A DNA stretch of 64,000 nucleotides, taken from NCBI RefSeq assembly GCF_030144855.1, contig NC_082712.1, forward strand, positions 13,392,001 to 13,456,000, read 5' to 3'. Origin of the DNA: Hypanus sabinus. Lineage: Eukaryota. The first letter of the stretch is position 1, and every line of letters begins with the position of its first letter. Positions 25,690 to 40,490 of this stretch are shown piece after piece. Below the pieces are notes generated by a model. That model ran no database searches, was not told where the DNA came from, and saw only the letters and a program-made list of their open reading frames with translations. A program made the translations under genes and the position numbers.

Positions 25690-27760
25690 GTAGCTCCGTC
25701 AGGGTAAATCTGCTACATTATATGTATGTCTCGACACCTACAGATTTCAGTCAGTCTCTCCCCCTTTCCCTGAGTCTGGATTGACTTGTCTCACTTTCTC
25801 TTCAGGGACAGACGCTTGTGCCGTGCTGACGTTGTGTATCCCACTCGGACTGAAAACTCTCGGCTTTTGATTGATGGGCGCCGTTCTCTACTGTGATCTA
25901 CTCGGATACTGTATGTAATAATGCTGAAGGCTCAGGCCGTGACGTGACTCTAATCTGATTCACTGGGACAGTCGGTGGGTGCTGGGACGTGATTCAAACA
26001 CTTGAGGCGTCCCAGTCTTTAGTTGTCAACAAAAACTCGCTGCCCGATCGCTGTTTGTTGGAGCTCGCAGAAATACTCATCAGAGTGACTACTACATCAT
26101 AAGAGTGACTGCTTCGGAAGTGTTTGTAAGCTGCTTAGCGTTTTGAGATACCTTTTGGATTGAATGTACCCGCTAAATACCTACTGAATGAGAGACAAAT
26201 GTGAGGATCTGCAGGAGGGATGGGTTAGGACGCCACAGTAGCGCAGGGGTTAGCACGATGCGATTACACATTGGGCGTTCATTTCTGGCGTCCTTTGTTA
26301 GGAACTGTGTACGTTCTGCCCGTGTGCGGGTGGGTTTCCTCCAGCTGCTACGGTTCCATCCCACAATCTAAAGACGTCAGCAGGTTAATTGTTAATTGTA
26401 AATCGTCCGGTGATTAGGCTGGGATTACATCGGTGAGGTGCTAGGTGTCACGGCTCGGTGGGCTGGTAGGGACTGCTCAGCCCTGTGTCTGTAAACCATC
26501 ACATAATAAATAAAAGCTTGAGCTCAGAGAAGGCTGACAGCTCGGCACAACATCGTGGGCCGAAGGGCCTGAACTCTGCTGTAATGTTCTATGTTCTAAC
26601 TACAAATCTAATCTCTGATGTGCACAAAATGTCACCCCGGACCTCCGCGGAAAAAGCAATACAGGGAAGTCTCGACTCCCGCCATCCCACGTGCACTGGG
26701 ACCAGGGCAATCAGTCAACCCGGGGTGATTCTGCTCTTCTCATTCTCCACAAAGCTCGCCCACGACGCAAATCTCTCAGAGATCTGGCTCCTGACTGAAT
26801 CTCTGCCATATCTCCCTTCACCGTAATCCAGTTTAAACTGTCGTCATAACCGCTTCAAACATATTAACAATCGAAAAGTGATTCAACTCACGTAACTTTT
26901 TCTTATATTACTGATAATCAGGTTCCTCCTTAATTTACAACCTTGATCCATTACAGAATACGTTGCATTTACGTTGCACCCAGGATTTTTGTACCCACTT
27001 CCCAGCCAGAATTACTTCACTCTGCCATTCATACAAAGACGTCCCCCTAGATCAGAGATTACGAGAAATTTCCTTACACCACAGGTGGCTGAGTCTGTGG
27101 AACTTACTGTAATGAAACCCAATTTCCCTCGGGATCAATAAAGTATGTCTGTCTGTCTGGATGTATGTAAGGCGGAGAACCATAGGGGATGAGGGCAGGA
27201 GAGTGTGGTTGATAGGTATAGTAAATTAACCACAGTCGAATGTCAGAGCAGAATAGAATGGCTGAATCTTCTATTTCTGCTCCTTTGTTTTATGGTCTTA
27301 ATCTAAGAACCATACTATTCGATCAATACTATCCTATAGCCTAAGGCCATTCGGCTTCCTATCAACACCACTACCTCTATTGCTGCGTTACTGTAAAGCT
27401 TCCAATTTGATGTGTACATGGGCTGAAAACCATATCTGTGTCGAACGCTGACACCGACGATAAAATCTACCCTTTGGGAATTCCGTTCATGTCTCAATCC
27501 TATTCCCTTCCAAAATTATAAGTGAAGAGGGATGCCGGATTTGGTCTCATTGTACAACTGCCGTGGATCACGTTAATTGATCTTGTTCTGTCCACAGAGA
27601 CGGACGAGACCGATCCCCCAAGGGAGGCTGAGAAGACCAGTTTTCCAAACCGGTTCAGCAGACCCGGCCTCCTCGCTCCATATGTTTACCACCAGCTGGG
27701 TGTAGACATTTCTGTTCCTACTTCCAAATAGCTTTCTGATTTCCCAGTGTCTGTGTTTTC
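25690..27760 (+). repeat. Segmental duplication block B, copy 2
   Basis: Homologous to 10520-12800. AATAAA near 26505 is a possible polyadenylation signal. Confidence 0.88.
25806..25918 (+). pseudogene. Paralogous TM exon with a premature stop
   Basis: Acceptor tcactttctcttcAG; GTDACAVLTLCIPLGLKTLGF*LMGAVLYCDLLGYCM*, with TGA at 25868-25870 in mid-membrane; the Lys is retained. Confidence 0.85.
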
Positions 27761-28699
27761 CGGTTCCATGCTCTCCGATATTTATCCTGTCCTGTTAGAA
27801 TCTTACAAGGTTCTATGAGTTCTTAGACATTCCTCTCAACTCCAGTGTCTATGGGGCCAACTAATTCACTCTCTCATCAGGCATTATTCTTGCTCCCTCT
27901 GGTTTCTTCATACACCTTCACTACATTCACTCTCTGATAAATCATCCCAACAAAGACAAACTCCAAACTGCACAAACTTCAGATAGGTTCTCTCTAAGGC
28001 CCTGTACAGCTGCAGCAACATTCTGTCTTCTGTTCTCAAATCACCTTGCAATGAAGTTCAATGTAACATTTGCTTCCAAACTGTCACTGCTGAACTCCTG
28101 CTTTTAGCGTACAGAGACGTCCTGGCCTTCCCTCCGTTTCACCCTTCTGAAACAATCTGCATTCCCATAAGAATGTAAACATAGGATCAGAATTACGCCA
28201 TTCCGCTCATCGAGTCGGCTCCGCCATTCCATCATGGCTAATCCCACTCTGCCCCATACACCTGCCTTTTCACCATATCCATTGATGCCCTGACCAATCA
28301 GGATACTATCAACTTCACCTTGTCTTGTCCAACCGCCACCACTGGTGGTCTGGAACATGCAGGAGCAGTGTGTGGTTAAGTCCCTTGCTCAAGGACACAC
28401 GCTTACATTCCTTCTTGATCTTTCCTGCCTATTGCCTCGGCTGAGGCTCGAATTAATGACCTTCAGATCGCTAGCCCAAAGCCTTAACCACTTCGCCACA
28501 CACCTACACAAATATACGCACGGACTTGGCCTCTACAGCAGTCAGTTACAGAGAATTCCACAAATCCACTGATCTCTGATTAAAAAAATTCCTCCTTACC
28601 TCAGTCCTAAAATGTCACTCCTCAGTTTTGAGACTGTGCCCTCAAGTTCTGCGAGAATGAGGAATTTTGCAGGAATGTGGCAAGTGTGCATTCAGTGGA

Positions 28700-30520
28700 T
28701 TGATGCAACACGTACCACACGCGGGAGGAACTCAGCAGGTTGGACAGAATCCGTGGAAACAAGCATCAACGTTTCGGGCCAAGACCCTTCATCAGGACTG
28801 AAGAGAGAGGGGGCAGGGGCCCTATAGAGAAGGTGAGGGGAGGGTGGGAAGGAGAAGGCTGTAGGTGCCGGTGAAAATCCAGTAAGAGGAAAGGACGAAG
28901 GGCGGGGGAGGGGAAGCAGAGGCAATAGGCAGGAAAGGTGAAGAAGGAACGTAACGGGAAAGCTCTATGGGTAGTAGAAGGAGGTGGAACCATGAGGGAG
29001 GTGATAGGCATCTGGAAGAGCAGTCAGAGTGAAAGTGGGATGGGGGAAGGGAGAGGGAGGGATTTACCGGAAGTTTGAGAATTCAATGTTCATGCCAAGG
29101 GGCTGGAAACTACCCAGACGGTATACGAGGTGTTGCTCCTCCAACCTGAGTTTGGCCTCACCATGGTAGTAGACGTGGCCATGTATGGACATATCCGAAT
29201 GGGAATGTGAAGCAGAGTTGAAGTGGGTGGCAACCGGGAGATCCTGTTTCTTGTGGCAGATGGAACGAGGGTGCGCAATGAAGCAGTCCCCCAATCTGCG
29301 TCGGGTCTGTCCGATGTAGAGGAGGCCGTACAGGGAGCACCAAATGCAATAGATGACCCCAACAGACACAGCAGTGAAGTGTTGCCGCACCTGGAAGGAC
29401 TGTTTGGGGCCCTGAATGGTGGTAAGAGAGGAGATGTAAGGACAGGTGTAGCACTTACGCTTGCAGGGATAAGTGCCAGGTGGGAGATCTGTGGAGAGGG
29501 ATGAGTGGACCAGGGAGTCGTGGAGGGAACGATCCCTGCAGGAAGCAGAGTGGGGTAGAGAGGGAAAGATGTGCTTAATGGTGGGGTCCTGTTGAAATTG
29601 GCAGAAGTGGCGGAGGATAATGTGCTGGATCTGTAGACTGGTGGGGTGGTAGGTGAGGACAAGGGGAACTCGGTCCCTGTTGTGGTGACAGGTGGATGGG
29701 GTAAGGGCTGAAGTGCGGGAAATGAAGGAGATGTGAGTGAGGGCACCATTGATGATGGCAGAAGGGAAACCACGATCCTTAAAGAAAGAGGACATCTGAG
29801 ATGTCCTGGAACAGAAAGCCTCAACCTGGGACCAGATGCGGAGGAGACGAAGGAACTGGAAATAAGGAATAGCATTTTTGCATTTGGCAGGATGGGAAGT
29901 CGAGGTAGTTATGAGAGTCCTTCAGTTTATAGAAGATGTCAGTGGACAGTCTGTCTCCAGAGATTGAGAAAGGGGAGAGAAGTGTCAGAGCTGGACCAAG
30001 TGAATTTGAGGGCTGGGTGGAAGTGAGAGGCAAAGTAGATGAAATTGATGAGCTCAGCATGGACGCAGGAAGCAACACCAATGTAGTTGTCAATGTATTG
30101 AAAGAAAAGTTGGGGAGCAGCACCCGTATAGATTTGGAGCATAGACTCTTCCACATAACCAACAAAGAGGCAGGCATAGCTGGGGCCCATGCGAGTGCCC
30201 ATAGCTACACCCTTGGTCTGAAGAAAGTGTGAAGAGCCAAAAGAGAAGTTATTAAGTGTGAGTACCAGTTCTGCCAACCGGAGGAGTGTGGTGGTGTTGG
30301 GGAACTGGTGAGGTCTGTTGTCCAGAAAGTAGTGGAGGGGGTTGAGGCCTTCTAGATGAGGAATTGAAGTGTATAAGGATTGGACATCCATTGTGAAAAT
30401 AAAGCGGTCGGGACCGGGGAACTGGAAGTTATTGAAGTGGTGGAGGGCATGGGATGTATTCTGGATGTAGGTGGGGAGGGACTGAACTATGAGTGACAAA
30501 ATGACAAAATGTGATGCTGA
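28700..30520 (-). mobile_element. Penelope-like retroelement, 5'-truncated (RT plus GIY-YIG)
   Basis: FTMDVQSLYTSIPH..LQTKGVAMGTRMGPSYACLFVG..QYIDNY (RT); VIYCIWCSLYGLLYIGQTRRRLGD (GIY-YIG); 3' terminal repeat with a hammerhead motif. Confidence 0.93.
28764..28800 (-). ncRNA. Best-preserved Penelope-type minimal hammerhead ribozyme motif
   Basis: Minus: CAGTC-CTGATGA-AGGGtcttggCCC-GAAAC-GTT-GATG, at the 3' end of the PLE ORF. Confidence 0.7.
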
Positions 30521-30555
30521 AGCTTTATAAGGCACTGGAAGGGTGGAGCAAAATG

Positions 30556-31625
30556 AAGATGGCGCCAAATGGTGATTCTTTTGCTTGCATCTTCCAAAAC
30601 AGCTCTATTTCTATCTTTGATATGTCTTTTTTCGCTTTTGAAGGATCTTTTTAAGACCCTGACCCAGAGTTACACTCTGACTTTGGTTCTTTGTGGGAAT
30701 GGGACCCGCTCTCAGGGCCTCATGACCGGCGCTTTTTGATTCCCCAAGGACGAGGCCTGCAAGCTCGCCTTCAGGGTGCCGGATTTTCGTGGTTCTGGAG
30801 ACGGGAAATTCAAGGCCGGTGCCCCTGACTGAGGCATTGCGGGAGAACATGGAACATCAGGAGCAGTGGGTTAGCTGCCTGTTGTGTTCCAGAACCAGAG
30901 GCCACAGTTTAAGAATAAGGGGTAGGCCATTTAGAACAGAGTTGAGGAAAAACCTTTTCACCCAGAGAGTTGTGGATCTATGGAATGCTCTGCCTCAGAA
31001 GGCAGTGGAGGCCAATTCTCTGGATGCTTTCAAGAAAGAGTTAGGTAAAGTTCTTAAAGATAACGGAGTCAAGGGATATGGAAAGAAGGCAGGAACGGGG
31101 TATTGATTCTGGATGATCAACCATGATCACATTGAATGGTGGTGCTGACTCGAAGGGCCAAATGGCCTACTCCTGCACCTATTGTCTATTGTGTGTCCAG
31201 GACTTGAGCCTCGGGGCCGATTCTCTGGGCGCAGAGCTCGGAAAATGCAATGCAGCAAACTTTTAAGATCATAAATCAGTTTTTCATTATGCATCCCCTC
31301 TCGCTGAGATATGGGAACATCTCTTTTTCCCTTATAAGTGGGAGAGGGAACCTGTGGTATGTCGAATTACCAGGGGAACGGATAGTCTTTGGGGTACTGC
31401 AAGTCTGTGTCTTTACTGATGCTTTGCTGGGGGGGGGGGGCTTTGTCTTGCTGCTGCTTGTGCGAGGGAGCGGGGTGCTGGGGAGGGCTTTGGGTTCTAA
31501 TGTTTAATTGTCATTCATGCTTTGGGGCACTCGTCTGTTTTCATGGATGTTAGTGAAGAAAAGGAATTTCAGGATGTATATTGTATGGATTTCTCTGGCA
31601 TTAAATGTACCTATTGAACCTATTG
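30556..31625 (+). mobile_element. Non-autonomous retroelement starting AAGATGGCG, carrying a nested CR1 3' fragment (about 30885-31190)
   Basis: 5' aagatggcgcc; tail cctattgaacctatt; nested SRTRGHSLRIRG...KKAGTGY with a CR1 tail. Confidence 0.55.
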
Positions 31626-32170
31626 GTGAGGCCTCATCATGAGTATTGTGACCAGTCTTGGACTCCTCATCTGAGAAAAGATGTGCTGGCATTGGGGAGG
31701 GTTCAGGGCAGGTTCACAAGGATAATTCTGGAAACAAAAGGGTAATCATATGATGAATGTTTGATGGCTCTGGGACTGTACTCACTGGAATTTAGATGGA
31801 TGGGGGGGGGGGTGACCTCATTGAAACCTTCCAAATGTTGAAAGGTCTGCACAGAGTAGATGCGGAAAGGAAGTTTTCCATGATAGGGGAGAGGGCACAA
31901 TCTTATGACAGAGATGTGGAGACATTTCTTTTGTCAGAGGGTGATGAATTTGTGGAATTTGTCACCACAGGCAGCTGTACTGACCAAGTCACTGGGGTTT
32001 TTAAGGCAGTGATTGATAACTTCTTGACTGGACAGGGCATCAAAGGTTACGAGGAATGGGCTGGGGAGCGGGGCTGAGGAGGGAGAGAAAGGATTGACCA
32101 GGATTGAGTGGCAGAGCAGACTTGATGGGCCAAATGGCCAAACTCTGTGCCTGTGACTTATAGTCTTGTA
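31626..32170 (+). mobile_element. CR1 3' fragment
   Basis: DLIETFQMLKGLHRVDAER; CR1-type 3' UTR. Confidence 0.75.
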
Positions 32171-33026
32171 CACATAATCTGTCTTGCATCCTGAGACAAC
32201 TCCTGATTTTCTTGGAGATGTTATTGAAATTCTGAGATTTATGGATTGGACTGTAGTTCATATTGGCCTCTTACAGTTCTATGTTTTTTTCTCGTGGTCT
32301 CGCCCATTATTTCTTGCTGCAGATTGGCGGGCTGGGGTTTGGGTGATCTGTAGTTTTTGTGTAAGGGAGGGTTTGGGGTGTTCGTGGTTTTTGGGTTTTT
32401 GTTTATTTCTTTTCATGCAGGAGGGCATTGATGTCTTCCAACAGATGATTTTCTGTGCTCTATGGCTACGTGGAGAAGACAAATTTCAGAGTTCTATTAT
32501 GCATATATACCTTGATGATAAAATGAACCTTTGAACATACTGCAGATGATGGAATCCCAGTGTAACACACAAAAACAAGCTGGAGGAATTCAGCAAATCA
32601 GTAAGTATCAATGGAAAGGAATAAACAGCTGGTATTTTGGAGTGAAACCCTTTGTCAGTCTAGTCCTGATGAAGGATCTTGGCCAGAAATGTCAACGGTT
32701 TATTTCTATTCATAGATGTTGCCTGACTTTCTGAGGTCCTGCATAGTCTCCTAATGGCAAAGAGATTAAAGATGAAGGATCCTGAGGTGAACGGTCCATC
32801 ATGATTGTGTTGTCTGGGGGAGCAGGGTCGGTCAGACAAATGGCCGACACCTGCTAATAGGTCTCACAGTGGTGGGTGGGTTTAAAGGGATGAATTGTCC
32901 CTGAGAGGGAAAAAGCGAGTAAAGTTAGAACTGACAAGTAACCATTGTGCAAAAGAAGACCAGCTGTCAAAAAATAACAAGTAATAGATAGATAGATAGA
33001 TAGATAACAATATGAAGAATGTAAGT

Positions 33027-36000
33027 CGACATTTAAGGATGATATAAGGGAGAAAAGTAAAATTTTAGAAATAATAACTGAGAATAGTATGTTTTTTTTA
33101 ATATATACTTTTTATGTTGCGGGGGGGTTGGGGAGCTTTGAATCGGTTACTACGGGATTCACGTGTGTAATCATGGCGATTGCCATGACCCGTACAATAG
33201 AGGGGGGTAATGTTGTGTTTTTTTTTCTTTCACAACATTAGTAGGGGGGTATTTTGTTTTTTTCTTTACTTTCTATTTTTCTTCTATTCTTTTGCCTGGA
33301 TGATTGGTGGGGACACACATAGCAACATGGAGACTTCTAAAAGGATTTCCCAGGATACAATGAAAGTTGAAAGATTAGATATTATTATAGATTGGAGTAA
33401 CATAATTAAAAATAATGACTAATCTATTGAATTTTTAAAGTTTTAATGTTAATGGGCTTAATGGACCAATAAAAAGAAAAAGAATTTTAACATATATTAA
33501 AAAAATGAAAATAGATATAGCTTTCTTACAAGAAACTCATTTAACGGATATAGAACATCAGAAATTAAAAAGAGACTGGGTTGGAAATGTTATTGCAGCT
33601 TCATTTAACTCAAAGGCGAGAGGAGTTGCAATTTTGGTTAATAAAAATTTACCAATTAAAATACAAAATGTATTAACTGATTCGGCAGGAAGATATTTAA
33701 TTATACATTGTCAAATTTTTTCAGAACTATGGACTCTTATGAATATTTATGCACCAAATGAAAATGATGTAAAATTTATACAGGAGGTTTTTTTGAATTT
33801 GGCTAACGCACATGATAAAATATTAATAGGTGGAGATTTTAATTTTTGTTTAGATCCAGTTTTAGATAGATCAACAAAGGCTATTACAAAATCAAAAGTA
33901 GCAAAATTAACTCTATCATTGATGAAAGATTTAAATTTGATTGATATATGGAGAAGAATCAATCCAAAAGAAAGGGATTATTCATTCTATTCAAATAGAC
34001 ATAAAACATACTCTAGGATAGATTTTTTCCTATTATCAACAAATACTCTCTATCTTGAAAAATGTGGAATATAAAGCAAGAATATTGTCTGATCACTCTC
34101 CTTTAATAATGACAATGACAATGATAGATAAAGAGGAATCAATTTATAGATGGAGATTTAATTCAATTCTATTAAAATGTCAAGATTTTTGTGATTTTAT
34201 GAAAAAGCAGATTCTGTTTTTTTTAGATACAAATTTACATTCAGTTGATGATAAATTTATATTATGGGAAGCAATGAAAGCATATTTGAGAGGCCAGATA
34301 ATAAGTTATACATCTAAAATTAGGAAGGAATATATGATAGAAATAGATCAATTGGAAAAAGAGATTACAAAATTAGAAAAAGAATCTCAAAGAAATATGA
34401 CAGAAGAAAAACGAAGACAACTTATTAATAAGAAGTTAAAATATAATACACTCCAGACATATCGAACAGAAAAAGTAATTATGAGAACTAAACAGAGATA
34501 TTATGAACTAGATGAAAGATCACATAAATTTCTTGCATGGCAGTTAAAAACAGATCAGATTTCCAAAGCAATAAATGCAATTCAAACAAAAGTGAATGAA
34601 ATTACTTATAAGCCTCTAGTAATTAATGAGGCTTTTAAGAATTTTTATTCTGAGTTGTATAAATCAGAATCAAAGAATGATGATGTTAAGATAGAAGAAT
34701 TTTTATCACAAATAACTCTTCCAAAATTAAATACAGAAGAACAAAAGGGATTAGATACGCCTTTTACATTGAAGGAAGTTGAGGAAGATTTGGGATCACT
34801 TCAAAGTAATAAATCTCCAGGAGAAGATGGTTTTCCACCTGAATTTTATAAAAAGTTTAAAGATTTATTAATTCCTCCTTTTATGGAGTTAATATATCAA
34901 GCGGAAAGAACGCATAAACTTCCAGAATCTTTTTCAACAGCTATTTTAATAGTATTGCCAAAAAAAGATAGAGACCTTTTAAAACCAGCATCATATAGAC
35001 CTATTTCTTTATTAAATACCGATTATAAAATAATAGCAAAAATCTTATCTAATAGATTATCTAAATGCTTACCAAAATTAGTGCATATGGATCAAACAGG
35101 ATTTATCAAAAATAGACAATCGGCAGATAATGTAACCCGGTTATTTAGTATAATCCATTTAGCGCAAATGAGTGTGGCAGTTGCTTTAGATGCAGAAAAA
35201 GCATTTGATAGATTGGAATGGGATTTTTTATTTAAGGTATTGGAAAAATATGGATTAGGAACATCATTTATAAAACGGATTAAAACCTTAAATACTAATC
35301 CCAAAGCTAAAGTAGTGACAAATGGTCAAATTTCAACATCATTTCAGTTAACAAAATCAACTAGGCAAGGTTGCCCATTATCACCTGCTTTGTTTGTGTT
35401 GGCAATAGAACCACCAGCTGAATTAATTAGAATGGATCCAGATATTAAGGGTTTCAGAGTTAATCAGGAAGAATACAAGATTAATTTATTTGCTGATGAT
35501 GTTCTACTTTATTTAACAGATCCACTACATTCACTACGCAAATTATCCTGTAGATTAGAAGAATATGGGAAAATATCGGGTTATAAAATAAATTGGGATA
35601 AAAGTGAAATTTTACCTCTTACTAAAGGAGATTATAATCAATGTCGATTAATAACTCAATTTAGATGGCCAGCAAATGGTATAAAATATTTAGGTATAAG
35701 AGTTGATAATGACATAAAAAACATAAAAATTAAATTATTTACCACTTTTGAAAAAAATTCAGGAAGATCTTGATAAATGGATGGCATTACCAATAACATT
35801 AGTAGGTAGAGTAAATACTATAAAAATGAATATATTCCCTAGACTACAATATTTATTTCAATCATTACCAATACAATTACCCCAGAAGTTTTTTCAAGAG
35901 TTAAACAAATATGTGAGGAAATTTCTCTGGAAAGGTAAGATGTCAAGAATATCGTTGGAAAAATTGACATGGAAATTTGATCTAGGAGGATTACAACTTC

Positions 36001-37407
36001 CAAATTTTAAGAATTATTATAAAGCAAATCAACTTAGATTTATTGCATCTTTTTTCGAGAAAGATAAACCGGCATGGGTTAGAATAGAACTAGATAAAAT
36101 GGGAGAAAACGTACCAGAAGATTTTATATACAAATGGGAATCTAAATGGATACGGGAAAAGAAAGAATCTCCTATATTAAAACATTTGATTGATTTATGG
36201 AATAAGATAAATGTTGATGATGAGACAAAAAAATCTTTATTAGCAAAGAGATCTTTAATTCAAAATAGACTTATTCCTTTCACAATGGACAATCAACTTT
36301 TATATAATTGGATTCAAAAAGGGATTAGATATATAGGGAATTGTTTTGAAGGAGGTATATTAATGTCATTTGATCAATTAAAGAATAAATATAAAGTATC
36401 AAATAATACTTTATTTTGTTACTTTCAATTAAGGGCTTATTTAAGAGAAAAATTAGGTCAAACAATGTTATTGCCGAAACCTAATGAAATAGAAATTTTA
36501 ATTCAAAAAGGAAATATTAAAAAAATTTGTATCTTGTATGTATAATTTGATTCAAAAACAGGCAATTAAACAAGGAGTTCATAAGTCAAGACAAAAATGG
36601 GAAAGTGATTTGAATATTAAAATTGAAGAAACAAATTGGTCAAGACTATGTCTTGATAGCATGACAAATACAATAAATGTTCGGTTAAGATTAGTGCAGT
36701 ATAATTTCCTAAATCAATTATATATTACACCACAAAAAATAAATAAATTAAATCCAAACTTATCGGATCAGTGTTTCCAATGTAACCAGGAAACTGGTAC
36801 TTTTTTACATTCTACTTGGTCTTGTTCTAAAATTCAACCTTTTTGGACAAATTTAAGACTTTTACTGGAACAAATTACAGGAATACAATTTCCTCATAAT
36901 CCAATATTACTCTTATTAGGTGATATTGAAGGGATAAAACCAAAACTCAAACTAAATAAATAGCAGAAAGAATTTATAAAAATTGCACTGGCAGTAGCCA
37001 AAAAAGCTATTGCAGTTACTTGGAAATCGGATACATATTTAAGTATAGATTCTTGGAAGAAAGAAATTTATGGTTGTATTCCATTAGAAAAAATTACGTA
37101 TAATTTAAGAGATAAATATGAAACATTTCTGAAAATTTGGAGCCCTTATTTACAAAAGACAGGATTAAATCTATAAATGTTCTGAAGATGAAACAATTGG
37201 TTATTTGGGGAAAGAAATAAATATACATATTAAAGTTATTACGAATTGCATGGAGCATGTGGAGATCTTCCAGCAACCAGGCAATCTTTCTTTCTTTTTT
37301 TCTCTATAGGGCAGTTAGGGGGGAGGGGATAAGGGGAGGGGGGAAGGGTATATATACATTGTTTTTCCATACTTCATTTTGTAACTACTTAAAAATGCAA
37401 TAAAAAA
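33027..37407 (+). mobile_element. 5'-truncated L1 with near-complete ORF2 and a 12-bp TSD
   Basis: TSD AAGAATGTAAGT at 33015-33026 and 37408-37419; AATAAA plus A-tail; ORF2 33415 to about 37176 (SFNVNGL, FLQETHL, GGDFN, YSRIDFF, RPISLLNTDYKI, RQGCPLSP, LFADD, C-terminal Cys/His motif) broken by about 3 frameshifts and 2 stops. Confidence 0.95.
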
Positions 37408-37989
37408 AAGAATGTAAGTTGCAGAATCCTTGAAACTGAGTTCACGAGCTGTGTTCAGTGATCAGTTTTGTGCTGAGGCAGGTGAAGTCATCCACACTAT
37501 TTCAGAAACCTGATGACTGAAGGGTAATAACTCTTCCTCAACCTAAGGGGCATTTATCTTCTTCCTGATAGCAGCAAGAGAGAAGGGAGAGTGGGCTGGA
37601 TGGTGGGTGCCCTAAATGATGGGTGCTGCTTTCTTGTGGCAGTGCTGCTTTTAAATGTGCTCAATGGTGGGGAGGACGTTGCGTGTGACGGACAGGACTG
37701 TATACAACACACTTTGTCGGTTTTACATTCATGGGCATTGGTATTTCCTCTCATCATTATTAGAGAAAACAGATCTTCTCTGACTGCCAATTATTGATGA
37801 AGTTTCGATCTGCTGTTTGTCGGAGTGTTTCCAATTTCCAACAGACGTTACACAGAAGATAATACAATATGAGCTAATAGAGTGAGAGTGAGAAAGGGTT
37901 TTTGCATGAACCAAAATTTACACATTGACTGTTTAATCTCTGGAATGTGTTTGATGCATTGACACAGGTACCTAGATAGGCAAGGCGTA

Positions 37990-39520
37990 GAAAGATATCA
38001 AGTCATGTCAAGTCATTTTTTATTGTCATTTCGACCATAACTGCTGGTACACTACATAGGAAAAATGAGACAATGTTTTTTTCAGGACCATGCTGTTACA
38101 TGATACAGTACAAAAACTAGACTGAACTACGTAAAATACAACACAGAAAAAAAACTACACTACACTACAGACCTACACAGGACTGCATAAAGTGCACAAA
38201 ACAGTGCCGGCATTACAATGAATAATAAACAAGACAATAGGACAATAAGGTGTCAGTCCAGGCTCTGGGTATTGAGGAGTCTGATAGCTTGGGGGAAGAA
38301 ACTGTTACATAGTCTGGTCATGAGAGCCCGAATGCTTTGGTGCCTTTTCCCAGACGGCAGGAGGGAGAAGAGTTTGTATGAGGGGTGTGTGAGATCCTTC
38401 ATAATGCTGTTACTTTGCGGATGCAGCGTGTACAGTAAATGCCCATAATGGCGGTGAGAGACCCCGATGATCTCAGCTGACCTCACTATCCGCTGCAGGG
38501 TCTTGTGTTCCAAGATGGTGCAATTTCCGAACCAGGCAGTGATGCAGCTGCTCAGGGCGCTCTCAATACAACCCCTGTAGAATGTGATGAGAATGGGGGC
38601 TGGGAGATGGACTTTCCTCAGCCTTCACAAAAAGTAGAGATGCTGCTGGGCTTTCTTTGCTATGGAGCTGGTGTTGAGGGACCAGGTGAGATTCTCTGTC
38701 AGGTGAACACCAAGAAATTTGGTGCTCTTTATGATCTCTACCGAGGAGCCGTTGATGTTCAGCAGGGATTGGTTGCTCTGTGCCCTCCTGAAGTCAACAA
38801 CTATCTCTTTTGTTTTGTTCACATTAAGAGACAGGTTGTTGACTGCACCAGCCCGTTAGCCACTGCACCTCCTCTCTGTAAGCTGACTCGTTGTTCTTGC
38901 TGATGAGACCCACAACGGTCGTGTCATCGGCGAACTTGATGATGTGGCTTGAGCTGTGTGTTGCAGCACAGTCGTGGGTCAGCAGAGTGAACAACAGTGG
39001 ACTGAGCACACAGCCCTGGGGGGTCCCTGTGCTCAATGTGATGGTGTTGGAGATACTGCTCCTGATCCGGACTGACTGAGGTCTCCCAGTCAGGAAGTCT
39101 GGGATCCAGTTGCAGAGGGAGGTGTTCAGGCCCAGTAGGCTCAGTTTTCCAATCAGTTTCTGAGGGATGATAGTGTTGAATGCTGAACTGAAGTCTATGA
39201 ACGGCATTTGAATGTGTGAGGAGGGTCTCAGCCCAAAATATTGACAGTCCTTCTCCTTAGAGATGCGGCCTGGCTTGCTGTGTTCCACCAGCATTTTGTG
39301 TGTGTTGTATGAACGTATGTGTCCTTTTTGTCCAGGTGGATTAGGGCCAGGTGGAGGGTGATGGCAATGATGTCGTCTGTCGAGCGGTTGGGAAGGTCCA
39401 CAAACTGCAGGGGGTTCAGTGAGGGGGGCAGCAGGATCTTGATATGCCTCATGACAAGCCTCTCAAAACACTTCATGATAATGGACATGAGTGCAACAGG
39501 ACAGTAGCCCTTTAGGCAGG
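37990..39520 (-). mobile_element. Rex1/Babar-type LINE 3' half
   Basis: [45 protein letters not shown]; [11 protein letters not shown]; a PLE-repeat stub is inserted at about 39210-39310. Confidence 0.88.
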
Positions 39521-39899
39521 ACACTGAACACTTCTTTGGCAAATATTCAGCAATATGCACCTATTGGGCTGGAATGGGCTGCATAGATAGGCAACAGGTT
39601 GTCATGCACGTTGTGGGCCCACAGGATAATTTCTTTACTGAACAGAATGCCTACAATTCTTAAGAGAAGTTTGGATACGTACATAGATGAAAGGGGTATG
39701 GAGGACAATGGACCATGTGTGGATCGATGGGCCAAGCCCAAATAGTTTGGTGTGTACTCGATGGATCAAAGGGTCAGTTTTTGTGCTGACACTTTCAGAC
39801 TCTACAACTGTAGTGATAAGTTAATCTATTTCCATTGTTTCGCTTGGAAGCACCTACTTAAACACTGGGAACATCTTACCAAAACCATCCATAACAGTT

Positions 39900-40490
39900 A
39901 CTATGTTTGTCTTTTTAATGTTTCTCTTATCAACCACCTTCGTTCCATCCAAAAATCCCCATTCCCATTCGGACACGTTGGTCCATGGTCCCACCTGCTG
40001 CCACAATGAGGCCACTCTCAATTTGAGGAGCAGCACACCATATTCAGTTTGGATGGCTTTCAAGCTGAAAGCAATAACATCGATATTTCCAACTTCTGCT
40101 AATCCCCCTCCCCATCCCTCTTCCTCAATTCCCCACACTGCCCCCTTAGCTCTTTTCATCCCATCCCCTGCCTATAAACTGCCCCGGAGCCGTCCTAATG
40201 TCCTTCCCCATTTCCCATCTTCCATTATAATTTCCTATAAGATCCTTTCTTCTCCAGCCCCTTGGTTTTTCTACTTATCATCTCCCTACTTCTTACATCA
40301 ACCCCCCTCCCCAACCCACTGGCTTCAATTATTTCCTTCTAATTTGTACTCATTTTACTCCCTGTATTGTTTATTCAGGCTTCTCTCCATCCTTTGCAGT
40401 CCTGATGAAGGGATTTGGCCTGAAATGTCAAATGTTTATTCCTGTAGATGATGGCTGACCTGCTGAGTTCCTCCAGAATTTTGTGTGTGT
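39900..40490 (+). mobile_element. Penelope-like 3' fragment with a hammerhead motif at about 40397-40435
   Basis: GIY-YIG tail sequence; cagtc-CTGATGA-AGGgatttggCCT-GAAAT-GTC. Confidence 0.78.
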
